From the NCBI RefSeq assembly GCF_018350175.1, contig NC_058369.1, positions 27,096,001 through 27,160,000 on the forward strand: DNA of 64,000 nucleotides, read 5' to 3'. The stretch is from Felis catus. Its lineage: Eukaryota. The notes under the pieces were generated by a model. It was not told the DNA's origin. It searched no databases and worked only from the letters and a program-made list of their open reading frames with translations. Positions 1-11,485 of this stretch are shown in pieces. Positions within the stretch are counted from its first letter, which is position 1; each line of letters begins with the position of its first letter. Position numbers and translations under genes: made by a program.

Positions 1-1269
1 AATGGTGCCAGACACATTTATCTTTTTTTTTAATCAAACAAGCAAAACTTTTAGCTCTCATCAGAGACTTACACTTATTCTCATTGACCAGAACTGTTCA
101 CACTGCAACCCTTAACTGTGGGACAACCTGGAAAAGAGAATACTTAGCTGGGCACATTGATGCCCTATACAAAATTTGGGTTATATTACCAAGAAAATAG
201 GGCCATTTGATATTGGGTAGGAAATTAACAAGTGTCTGCCAACCCAGGATATTCCAACATAGAAGTTCTGGGGCAGGAGAAGTTGGGGAGGCTGATAGTG
301 CCACACGTTCTAATGCAAGCCAGGGCTGTATATGAGACAAGTCTGTACTTGTTGCATAGACAATAAGTAGACAGCTCTAGGATGGACAGAGCAGGGCTTC
401 CTGTTCCTTCCCAATTCTTAAAAATACCTTTTATACCATTATTTACCTCTTTATAGATTAACAGCGCCTCTCTATGGAATAAATTAGCTTATTATTTCAG
501 AGGTAATTGTAAACTTTTATCTTCTAGAATGTCATAATTTCCCTTATCTGGGGACCTCATGCATTCCTGGAGTCAGGATGGTTTTTGGAAATGTAGCTTT
601 CTCCAATTGCTGGGTGAAATGATTGTTTCTGCACCCCCACCCCTCCAATTCTGTCCTGTATCAGGCTCAGTCTGCCATGCTCATCACATAAGTCAGAATA
701 AGAGTGGATGGCAGGTCCAGTTATCTTGAGCTTGGGTATAATACAATGTGTCACTCCCCATTACAGAAATTATCATTAATTATTAACAGCAACATCTTTG
801 ACATGATGCATTGTCTACATTGTCACTGCCAAAATGGAATGGTGATTAATGGAAGCCCCTTGGATGGAATACAGCAAAGTATGATGAAGAAAAGAAAGCT
901 CAGAAGCTTGGGGAAAAAGCACAGAGGACTGAATAGCTTGGTGTCTCTCTCTGACTCTCTCTTTCTTTAAACATAAACATACACACATGCTCTAAAGGGT
1001 GAAAAACCAGTCACTTGCCAAATTGGAAACAAACATAGTTTTTTCTTAAAATTCTAGGAAACGGGACATTTGGCTTCCTCTTTGTTTTTATCTAAGCATT
1101 TGAACCTGGTATTATATGTAGGACCTGATTAGGACAAAGTTAATCTTCGGAGTTATCCACTTCCTTTTTGTTCTTCCTACTTGCTTTCAGGATGTTTTCT
1201 ATGTGTCTAGGTCCTTCCTGGGAGCATGCAATGCCCTTGTACTTTCCCAGTCAGCATCCCCACCCATCA

Positions 1270-1560
1270 GAACAAGAGGTCTAGAAGTATACAGTCTAGA
1301 GTTGGTGCAGAGTCTGAATCATGTTATTAAGAACTTAGCCCCCTTCTAGACTCTGTTTCACCATACTTGGCTTATTGGCTGTTGCTCATGGTTACAGTAT
1401 AGCTGCTGCAGCCCCAAGCATCCCATCCACATTCAAAACAGAAAGTAGGTGAAAGGATGGTGCCAGCAGCATCAATTTCCTTTTCATTAGTAAAGAAAAA
1501 GCTTCCCCACAAATCCCCAAACTATAAGGAAAGCTGGGAAAAAGCATATTTGCCTTAGCA
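1270..1560 (-). mobile_element. Ancient ERVL/MaLR-type LTR fragment
   Basis: Motif ATGGTTACAGTATAGCTGCTGCAGCCCCAAGCATCCCATCC and GGAAAGCTGGGAAA resemble old ERVL/MLT LTRs; family uncertain. Confidence 0.45.
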
Positions 1561-2214
1561 AGACTGAAGTTCCAGATGCTAGAATAAAGGAAGGAATAGA
1601 TTGATGTCTCCACCTAGCTGGGTGATGACTATATTGGTGATCATGAGTTATGGATGACAAATGCATCCCATCCCATAGATAACAAGGAAGACTTCCTGCA
1701 CAGATGCGCATCGCAGGAGGTGGAAGGGGGAACACTGGGCTTGAAGGCAGGTTGGTGAGGAATGGGGATCCTTTTAAGTCAGACCTTGTAAACCTATGCT
1801 ATGTGTAAGGTTTGAGCTGCTTTCATGACCTCATTCTCTGTGAACTTTGGCGATAAATCAGTGGCTCCTGTGTAGAGTCTCTGGGAGCATCTGTCACCCT
1901 GAGAAAGGCAGGAAAGAGATCTGATCCTAGAGTCCGCGTCTTTTTTAAAGAAGGATATAATGCTCTGACACACAGCGTAATATTTGCTCTTAGTTGGAGG
2001 CCAAACAATTAACAATATTTTATCATAAAATGTCAAAAGAATGTTAATATAGTAATCTGAGTCAAAATAAAAATAAAAATTGCCACTACATTCGGAGCAA
2101 CACTGGCATTCTTTCCTCATGAACTAGCAGTTATTTATTCTTGTCCTTTCACCTCCTCACACTTATTTTCAGTGCTGGTGTTATCTGTTTAAAAAAATGG
2201 TGTTAAAAATTATG

Positions 2215-3395
2215 GTGTTAAAAAAATTGTGGTGTAATTTATAAAAAGGCAGATCCTCAATTCTTAAGTATACTGTTCAGTTTGTATATCAAGGCACAGA
2301 GTGTTAATACCACCCCAGGAAAGTTCTCTGATGCCTCTTCCCCATCATTGGTCCCTCCTCTTCCCCAGCAGAAGCCACCACTATTCTGATTTCTATCGTT
2401 AAAGGTTAGCTTTGCCTATTTTAGAATTTCATATAAGTTGAATCATTTAGAACATCCTTTTGTTTGTCTGTTTGGTTTCTTTCACTCAGCATACTTTTTT
2501 GAGATTGATTTATGCTGTTACATGGGTCTGGAGATTATTCCTTTTTCTTGCCTATTAGTATTCAACTGAATGATTATACCATAATTTATATACCCAGTGT
2601 CCTGACAATGGACATGTGGCTTTTGTCTAGCTTCGGGCTACTATGATTAAAGCTGCTATGAACATTTGTGCACAAGGCTTTCTGTGGACAAATATTTTGA
2701 GTTTTATTGCATAAAAACTAGTGATGAAATTGTTGTATTATGTGGTATTGTATGTTTACATCTTAAAGAAATTGCCAGATAGTTTCCTAAGTACCATTTT
2801 ATTCTCTCAGCAGCAATGTGTGAGAGTTCCAGTTGCTCCATATTCTCTCTAATATTTGATATAATTAGTCATTTTCATTTCTGGTGGTTGGGTTTTGATA
2901 TCTCATGGTTTTAATTTCTGTTGTGCTGATGATCAATAATGTTAAGTATGTTTTCATCTGCTTATTGACTATATCTCTTCTTTTATAGTGTCTGCTCAAA
3001 TGTTTTTGCCATTTTTTTTATTGGGTTGTTTGTCTTTTTATTTTTGAGTTGTGAGAGTTGTTTATGTATTCTGGATACAAGTCATTTGTCAAACATATAT
3101 ATTGTGGGTACTTTCTCTTAGTCTGTGGCTTGTCTGTTCATTTCCTTTGTAGTATTTTTGATAAGTAGAAGCTTTTAATTTAAATGGAATCCAAGTTAAG
3201 TTTTTGTTGTTTATCCTTTTTTGTTTTTTTCGTAAGCAATATTACTTGGAGGTCACAGAGATATTCTTCTATTTCTTCTAATAACTCAGTTGTTTTGTGT
3301 ATACACCCATATAATCCATCTTGAATTTATTTTTCTGTCTATGGTGTGAGGTAGGGGTCAGGGTTTGGCTGTCTTTTTTTTTTTTTTTTTTTACT
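2215..3395 (-). mobile_element. Old L1 (L1M-type) 3' UTR/ORF2-end fragment
   Basis: T-rich antisense L1 motifs such as GCTGCTATGAACATTTGTGCACAAG, CAGCAATGTGTGAGAGTTCCAGTTGCTCCA, ATTCTGGATACAAGTC. Confidence 0.9.
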
Positions 3396-3499
3396 CAAAT
3401 GTGTACCATGATAATACATAGAAAATCTGGTAAGCTTTCAAAATTAGAGATAGTCTTTCTGGCTCACTCTGCTATGGCTAGTGGGATAGCAAATATATA

Positions 3500-3770
3500 T
3501 AATTTAGTGACTAACAGCATGGTTTGGAATCACAATCCTGCCAGTAGCTAAAAATGTGATGTTTGTAAATTGATCATCTCTATTTCTTCATCTATCAAAT
3601 AGCAACAGTATCTGGTGAAAGAGTTCATGTGAATGTTTTAACTGTAAAGTTACAATAGTTCCTATGTTATGGGGTTAATATGAAGATGAAAATAATTTGT
3701 ATGTGTAAAGTACTTGAATGAGTACCTCACACTAACCACTGTATAATACTAGCTATAATGTATAATAATG
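3500..3770 (+). mobile_element. MIR fragment(s)
   Basis: Degenerate core CTTCATCTATCAAATAG...ATGTGTAAAGTACTTGAATGAGTACCT. Confidence 0.6.
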
Positions 3771-3819
3771 ATATTGCCTAACTGAATTCCTCCCCTTGAT
3801 CTTTCTTATTTCATACTGG

Positions 3820-4080
3820 CCATTCACTGAGTGCTTACTAATAGGAGGAACCTTTATTAGGTACTGGGGATGGTATAATGAACAGGACAGGTGTGATCCC
3901 TGCTCTCATGATATTTTGGTCTACTGAGGGAGAAAGACATTAACTCAATATCACGGAAAGTGGTTTAGAAGCAGTGTATAGAGTGTTAGGACAGTCTTAA
4001 ATCCAAAGGCCCCATTCCTTTCTGTGGAGTCAGGGAAAGCCTTTCTGAGGATGAGAAGTGGGCCAAAAATGAAGACTAGG
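3820..4080 (-). mobile_element. L2 3' fragment
   Basis: CATTCACTGAGTGCTTACT...AGGTACTGGGGAT...ATGAACAGGACAG...TCAGGGAAAGCCTTTCTGAGGA. Confidence 0.75.
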
Positions 4081-4197
4081 GAACAGTCTAACTGACGGCA
4101 AGCTCATTAAAGGCAGGAACTAAATTTGCTTATTATTTCCCCCAACATCAGGCTGAGTAATGACCTAGAGAAGATTAAATGCTTGTGGCGAATCTAT

Positions 4198-4238
4198 CAT
4201 TTAAGGTGAAAGACGTGACATTTAAGGTGAAAGACGTG
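4198..4238 (+). repeat. Perfect 20-bp direct duplication
   Basis: CATTTAAGGTGAAAGACGTG at 4198-4217 and 4219-4238. Confidence 0.95.
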
Positions 4239-5261
4239 TAAAGCAGTGTCTGACAAGAAAAAAAAATGTTTCCTAAATGAAGGACTGAATGAAGGAATGA
4301 AATAAATATATTTATTGGGTGTCTAAAACACTAGGCAGCATCAAGGTGTGATGGTCTCTCAGATGGTAGTCTTAAGTCTGATTCATTCACTATTGAGAAA
4401 CAAAATATTGTGTACCCTAATTACTAGGGTGCTGCCTGAGTCCCCTCTCTCTCAGAGGAGTCAAGAAGGCTGCCCTGGGTAGAGATTCATTAAGCTGGCA
4501 GGGAGCATGGATAGGTACAGGCAGAGGGAAAGGCTCTTAACCTGAAGCTCTGGAACTGCTGAAACCCAAGGAGCCTTGTGGGAGAGGAGGATGGGGAGGG
4601 CTGTAAGCCAGAGAAGGATACCCGGACAGTTCTCTATAGAAGAGAAGAATGCTGGAGCCAAAACCAGGCAGGTTCAGTCACTGCAAGTTCATCTTGGACC
4701 GATGGTAATGCCTGCTTACCACATCTTCATTGAGGTGGGGCTTATTGTGTCTGGAAGAAGTTCATCATCCAGTGTGGGAGAAAATGCAGAAACAAATAGG
4801 GCAGTGCTGTTAAAAGCCACCTAGTAGATTATTTTGTAACATTGCCTAGAGAAAGGTGGCACCTGAGCTGGATCTTGCAGTATCCTAGATGTGGCCTGGG
4901 AGAAAACGAGTGGAAAGAACAGAGGGATTGGTTGGCAGAAACGGGAGAGAACGTGGCATATCACCACTCTAATAACTTGTCTTGAGTCTGGCATCTACAA
5001 ATGTTAACATCTCTGAATTTAGCAGGGATATTTTGGAAGGTAATTACATTTTTGGTCTGCACAACTTCTTGGGATAATGAATGTCCATGAGGTTTCTACT
5101 CATTGTGGAAAACATACTTTTATTTGTTCTAAATTCCTCTAAGTGCTTCCTAGTTTAATATTTTATTTCTGTTGCTACATACTTTTTCTTCTTTAACCTA
5201 AATTAAAGCTCAAGATTCCTGGAGAAGTACCTAAAATGTATTGTATGTTTACATACACGTG

Positions 5262-5264
<3 letters not shown>

Positions 5265-5301
<37 letters not shown>
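5265..5301. repeat. (CA)n microsatellite
   Basis: Uninterrupted AC run. Confidence 0.98.
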
Positions 5302-5303
<2 letters not shown>

Positions 5304-7703
5304 ATAGATATATATGTAGATTTTTATTGGGATACATTTATTGAATCAGAAAATGAAAATTCCAAGCTTCATGGTGGATTACTTAAAAGTAAAAAAAATT
5401 TCTTAAAAAAAGAAAAAATAAAATGAAAATTCACTTACTTAAGGAGGAAATATAAAATATTTTTATTTGAAATATATTTAGGTTGTAAAGTTTTACGAAA
5501 ATTTTTATAAAGTTCAAAAACTGAAGGACACCCAATTATTTTTCCGCTTTGGAAAATAATCAGTTGTCAAAGGATTAAGGCTTAAGAGAAGGGATCAGCT
5601 TTATATTTAAATTTAAAATAGATTTGTTTCAAAATGTGCCATTCCAGTAATAATGGTGAAAATCAAGATTACCATGAAGCTTACATGGGATTTTGAGTTA
5701 ACCACCAAACTAATTAAGCAAAATTATCCTAATTTGTTTATTATGTTAATGATCTGAATTAATTTATAGTAATTTAGCATGTATTACTAAAGATTTATTA
5801 TGTTTCCTACTAAATGACTTAAGAGCTATAAATCCCATGGTTAAATGTAATTAGTGGAGACATATTTATCGAAAGGGATAATTACATCTGATAAAAGTTC
5901 TTCAGTTAGGCTTAATTAAAACAGATTATTCCCCCATAAATGAAAAGTAAATATGGTAATTACTGGGTAGATTTTCATAGCAAAAATGAGTATCTCAGCA
6001 TTTCAATTTTCTAAAAGGGGTGGGAAAACAAACTATGTAACTGATTACTTCCCAATAAAGTATGATTAATAATCCCTGGGAAACAGGCATTTTCCAGTAG
6101 TAAACATTTTGCTGCTAAATTACTAAAAGGGGAATTTTGCTCAGGAAAATCTATCATTAACTCAGTTCTAAAGTAGACTATGGTTATTTTTGAACATAAT
6201 GAATAGTGTTTTAAGGACATTTCTTTTTTTTTTCTTCCTGAAACGATTATCTCTAGCTAAGCTAAATAGCAGTGATAAAGAGAAAAATGACTGTTAATCA
6301 CTCTGGAAAAAATTTTTTTCACAATAACCTGGACTGTGTATGGCTATACAGGCACAGAATGTATAAGACCTAAAGCCCAGAACGTGTTTAGGACACATAC
6401 GTAAACCTATATATCTGTAAACCTATATATGAGTTATGAGTGTGCATATATATATTAATGTATAAAACTACATATAGGGTATATTTTAGATTATCTTTTG
6501 TGTTTAATCAGTATTTTTTTTTCAAATAATAGCAACACTAATACTGGAAAATTCCACTTTACCATTTTAAAGCATTTTCAGTAAATTACTAGTTCATTAG
6601 TTCATTTTATCCTCCTGGAAGGCAGATGAAGCAAGGGTTATTGGCCTCAGAGAAGCCAGGTTCAAGGTTATACAGTTAATTAGTAGATGAGTTAGGACTT
6701 GAATTGATATTTTGACCCTTAGCACAACATTCTGTCTCCAACATCATTAAAGTATAGAAGGGTCCACAGACATGATGAGAAGATGGGTTTGGCCACGTGC
6801 TACTGTAAGTACAAACTAGCACACATAAGTTAATTGCTGTTAGCATGGCCAGAAGGAACATGCTGTTCATGGTATGGTTTGGGGGTTAAAGTAAACGCTA
6901 AAATAAACAATCCCAGTATAGTGGATCCCCTTTAGAACAGAGTAACCAGGATGACCTTCTGCAGACGGGGTGATAAGTGACATGCATTGGTCTGGTGTGG
7001 AAATTTTACTAAAGAATGAAGACAGGCCTCCATCCATTGCTATCTGCCACTTGGTGGAGCTGAAACTAGACCCTGGCCATTCTGATATTCTCACTCCTAG
7101 ACTTTTGTCATCTTTAAATATGTGCCTTTCTCTGGAGACCTCAAAGTATTCTCACAGACAGTATTGCATTTCTCCTTACAATATCCTTTGGCATTCCATA
7201 GAGCCCAGGTGATTTATCAAAGTCAATAGCTATGGCTAAGATATGCTCTGTCCTCCCAGAATTGCATAAATGCCTAAGCACAGGGGCTGAGCAGAGACCT
7301 GTGCTGCCGGAGCTAAAAAACTGAATGTTTTTTAAGAAAGACCTCAAGCAGAGGCTCTCCTCTTTTGTGCATGGGCTTTAAAGGGCTCTTCATCCCTCTC
7401 CCCAACCAAGAATAATTGAATTAATATTATTAAATGTTTACTGAATGCTACTCATTAGGCAGTTCCATTTTCATCAATGTCTACATTAGTTTCAGAGACC
7501 TGCTTCATTTTTATTGTTGAAAGATTTTAAAAGTTCTATTGGTCAACCACAACTGAAGGACAATTCAAACTGTTTCACTAAATATAGCTTAAATGTCACT
7601 GTAACGGACCCAAAAGGGTGTCTAGGTTCATTGGATATACTAGGTATTGATCATTTCATTTGTGATGCTACTATGTGGACCACACTCTGTGCCTCTCATG
7701 TCA

Positions 7704-7721
7704 TTTTTTTTAAGTTTATTT

Positions 7722-7762
<41 letters not shown>

Positions 7763-7926
7763 CACATGCTCATGAGTGGGGGATGGGCAGAGAGAGAAGA
7801 GAGAGGATCCCAAGCAGGTTCTACACTGTCAACACAGAGCCCAATGGGAGGCTCGAACCCACGAACTGTGAGATCATGACCTGAGCCGAAATCAGACACT
7901 TCACTGGCTGAGCCACTCAGGCACTC
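7704..7926 (-). mobile_element. Can-SINE (SINEC)
   Basis: Antisense tRNA-derived head, (GA)n, poly-T tail; TSD CTCAKGTCATTTTTT at about 7695 and 7927. Confidence 0.95.
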
Positions 7927-8364
7927 CTCAGGTCATTTTTTATCATAGAGATGTTGGCTATATTTGTTGAAGTCATAATTGGATTCTTAAGACATGCATA
8001 AAATCCATATCGAATCAGACATACACCTGAGTCTGTAAGTCTCAGAGGCAAATTCAGTGGACGTGAGTAAAAATAAATAGCTTGGTGACCAAAATATCTA
8101 TATATTGAAAATTAAAATGTGATTAAAAAACTAATTACTGATGAAGTACTTGAGGGCAGAGCTCTCTGCTTGGAGAAGATCTGATAGGTGCTTTGGTGAG
8201 AAGTAGTGTATGGGCGTGCACAACTTTTATCTGCTCAGACCCCCATGCCCATGGCCATCCATCAGGGTTTCAGAGACTTTTCATTAAAAAATTTAACTTT
8301 ATTCACATAACAATGATGACATTTAAATTCCAGAATCTCCATATGAGTGGTATAATCATATCAA

Positions 8365-8530
8365 AATAAGGTGTATAAAGTGTGGAGCCAGAGTGCCTGG
8401 ATTCAAATACGGCTTTTCCAGGTATCAGCTGTCTGTTCTTGGGGTAAGTTACTAAACTCCGTGTCTTGTTTCCCTCATCTGCAAAATTGGGGTAATACTA
8501 CTTCCTATAGGATTGTGTAAAGGTTAAGCA
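8365..8530 (+). mobile_element. MIR
   Basis: GGAGCCAGAGTGCCTGGATTCAAAT...TTTCCCTCATCTGCAAAATTGGGGTAATA. Confidence 0.85.
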
Positions 8531-10174
8531 ATTTTAGGTCTCATTATTAATCCAAATAGATTTGGGATTAGATTTATTTACATTTGCCTGATGTCTACAT
8601 GCTCCTGCAAGATTTTGTATTTAGAGATACACAAACACTTTTTGGCCTTGATTTAATAATATATGCTAAATGATGTGAACAGGCTGATAAAGGAAAAGGC
8701 TAATTTTGGCTCCAGACTGAATGCATCTGATTGGCATTCATTATCCTGTTACATTACCCCGTTACTTGTGAAGCTTTCATTATTCTGTTACATTAGCCTG
8801 CTCTCCACATGGCTTTCATTTTGAGGGTAGGCAGGATCGGATGTGCCCCTGGTAATTTAATGGTATGAATGATTATTAACAGAAGAAGTCTGTGTCCATC
8901 AAAAGCTGTCATGTGCTGGGTGTCCAAACAGGAGCCCCCCTTTTTATCTGCTTTGCTCTCCTGTTTTATATTCATGGTTCACATTAATATATTTTGAGTC
9001 TGAATTCCAAAGGAATCATTGTCATTATCCTCAAAGTAAATAAAGTATGTCTAATCTGCTCTACTTTTTCACAGAAGATAAATCAGTTTTCAAGCCTTTT
9101 TCTTTGCATTTGCTCATTGACTTTGCCATCATTAATTTTTGCTATTTCCAGAACATGGTTTGCAGCTTAATGATAACATCAATTTCTCAACTGTTGTCTA
9201 TAACATTTTAATATTGTCTTCCAATTTGACTAAATTACTCCACTGGTTACAGATAGAAATTCAGGTGTGGATAGTTTTGAGACGAAAGAAACCTACCTTT
9301 ATGTTCCTTAATTACTGACCCTTTCCTGTAACTACTTATGGTCCAAGATACTAGGTAAACCCATGTCTCCTATGGAAAAATGCCCAATATTTCCACAGGT
9401 TAAGAAACTGATTGCTATTCATGAGTTTAAAAATGCATTATGAATTAATTTATTTATCTTCTTAAAGTTTAGCTTCTCGCTCTGGGATGCTTTCTCCCCA
9501 GTCTAATTTCTTTAAAACAAAATTCAAATACAGAGAGCGTGATTGAATACCACTTACTAGGAAATTGTGAACTCTTGGTGTTTTTATTTCTTTAAGGTGA
9601 ATGTGAGGAGCATGTGGATTTTTTTAGCTCTATAATTCCCTCTAAACCAAATACTTCTACTCTAAATATAAAATTACAGCCATAACTTTTCCTAATGTTA
9701 ACGGTAGAGTACATGAAGGGGAAAGAATATGCAATTTGTTAAAAGTAATCCCAACTGTTTTATTGCTTTCCAATCCAAGATAATTGCATATAAAGAAATT
9801 CATTTAAATTATTGACATTAATTTACTAACTAGAACTTTAAATAATAATCTCATGAAAAGGAAAATTCAGCAAAGTCCCAGAAATAAACAAGATTTAACA
9901 ACTTATTATAACAGTTTCTGCATTATTATAAATCAAAACCATATTTCTGTAATTTTGGCAGCAACAATTTTCTTTTTACAGAATATGAAGTTAAAATATC
10001 ATGTATAAGATGTGGCTTAGTAACTACATATTTTTGTTCTTATTAAAAAAACTATAAATTGCTTTTTTCCCTTGTTTTTGTTCTTTATTAAGTCTATTTC
10101 CAGAACTTGTAAACTGAAACCTTATCATAACACATTCATTCCAGAGAAAGAGCCTGTGGTTATTCTGTACTTCT

Positions 10175-10287
10175 GTTTCTTCTACTCTTCCTCCCCCTCC
10201 TCCTCCTCCTCCTCCTTCTTCTCCTTTGTGAGAGAAAGAGAGGGGTGCAAGTGAGTGAGGGGCAAAGGGGGGCTCAAGTGAGTGAGG

Positions 10288-10329
<42 letters not shown>

Positions 10330-10472
10330 GAGAAGGGCTCACCTGAAGTAGGACTCATGTTTTACCTGAAACGGGGCTCCAGCTCACTCAACATGGGGCT
10401 TGAACTCACAAACTGTGAGATCATGACCAGAGCTGAAGTCAGATGCTTAACGACTGAGCCACCCAAGTGCCC
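10175..10472 (-). mobile_element. Atypical Can-SINE with multimerised B-box segment and (TCC)n tail
   Basis: Standard antisense head at 10400-10472; body replaced by ~22-bp GGGGCT... repeats; short TSD CTGTRCTTCT. Confidence 0.9.
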
Positions 10473-10479
10473 TGTGCTT

Positions 10480-11040
10480 CTTTCATTTTATTCAGCAAAT
10501 ATTTAAGGCACCTGCTATGCTAGGTGTTGTTCTAGGTGCTGGGATACAATGCCAAATGACAACTCATTCCTGCCCTTATGGGGCATACTTGGTAGAAGAC
10601 TTGATAATGTGTAAAATCATCTCAGCCAGGGCAGAGTTCTGTGGCAAAATAAAGTTCATAATGTGGAATGGAGTGGTGGTATGGGGAGAAGGCTACAGAG
10701 GGAGACCTCTCTGAGGAGATGACAGTGAAGCCCAGTGGTGAAAAAAACCCAGCTATCTGGAGATGAGCATTCCCAGCACTGAGGTGGGGGTCAGCTTGGA
10801 GTGTTTGAGGACGAGAGAAAAAGCTAGTATGGCTGCAGCACAGTGAGAAGGGGGCAGTGGCAGGAGATATTGCTAGAGAAATCAGCAGATGCCAACCCAG
10901 GTAGACCCATGGTAAAGGGTCTGGGTTTTCTTCTGAGTCTTACGGAAACTCACTGGGAGTTTTGAGCAGGTGATTGACTTGTGACCTCATTTATTTTTTA
11001 AAACCACTTTGACTTTTGGGTGGAAAGTGGATTCGGCAGG
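10480..11040 (-). mobile_element. L2 3' fragment
   Basis: TTCAGCAAATATTTAAGGCACCTGCTATGCTAGGTGTTGTTCTAGGTGCTGGGATACA...GGAGTTTTGAGCAGG. Confidence 0.9.
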
Positions 11041-11280
11041 GGAGGAGCAAGAATGTAAGTAGAAAATATAAGGTGACACCTGAACAAGAGGTTCATTATT
11101 GAAATTGTTAGAACATCTACCAAGTAGTTTCATTTACAGACACAACAAGGCATTGGGGTCAAACCTGAGAGCTGAATTCTAGACTAATTCTGCTTCTTGT
11201 TCTCTCTTCACTTGGGCTTCGGGATATTGGGCCAGAGAATCCCTTACATTTCTAGTATCTTAAGAAGGCTACTCTCTCTT

Positions 11281-11485
11281 GGGGTGCCTGGGTGACTCAG
11301 TCAGTTAAGCATCCAATTCTTGGTTTTGGCTCAGGTCATGGTCTCACAGTTTGTGGGTTCGAGTCCCGCATCAGGCTCTGTGCTGGCAGTGTGGGGCCTG
11401 GTTGGGATTCTCTCTCTGCCTCTCTCTCTCTCTGCCCCTCTTCCACTCACTCTCTCTGTCTCTCTCTCAAAATAAATAAACTTAA
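11281..11485 (+). mobile_element. Can-SINE
   Basis: GGGGTGCCTGGGTGACTCAG head, (CT)n, AATAAATAAA tail; TSD AAGAAGGCTACTCTCT at 11262-11277 and 11486-11501. Confidence 0.97.

Noticed and set aside
6401..6430. Short tandem duplications here and at about 15876, 53178 and 58800
   Set aside because: Ordinary 12-20 bp slippage duplications with two copies only; not arrays and not CRISPR-like.
7043..7060. CTCF site (reverse CCACCAAGTGGCAG)
   Set aside because: Mismatch at a core G; such near-matches are expected by chance in 64 kb.
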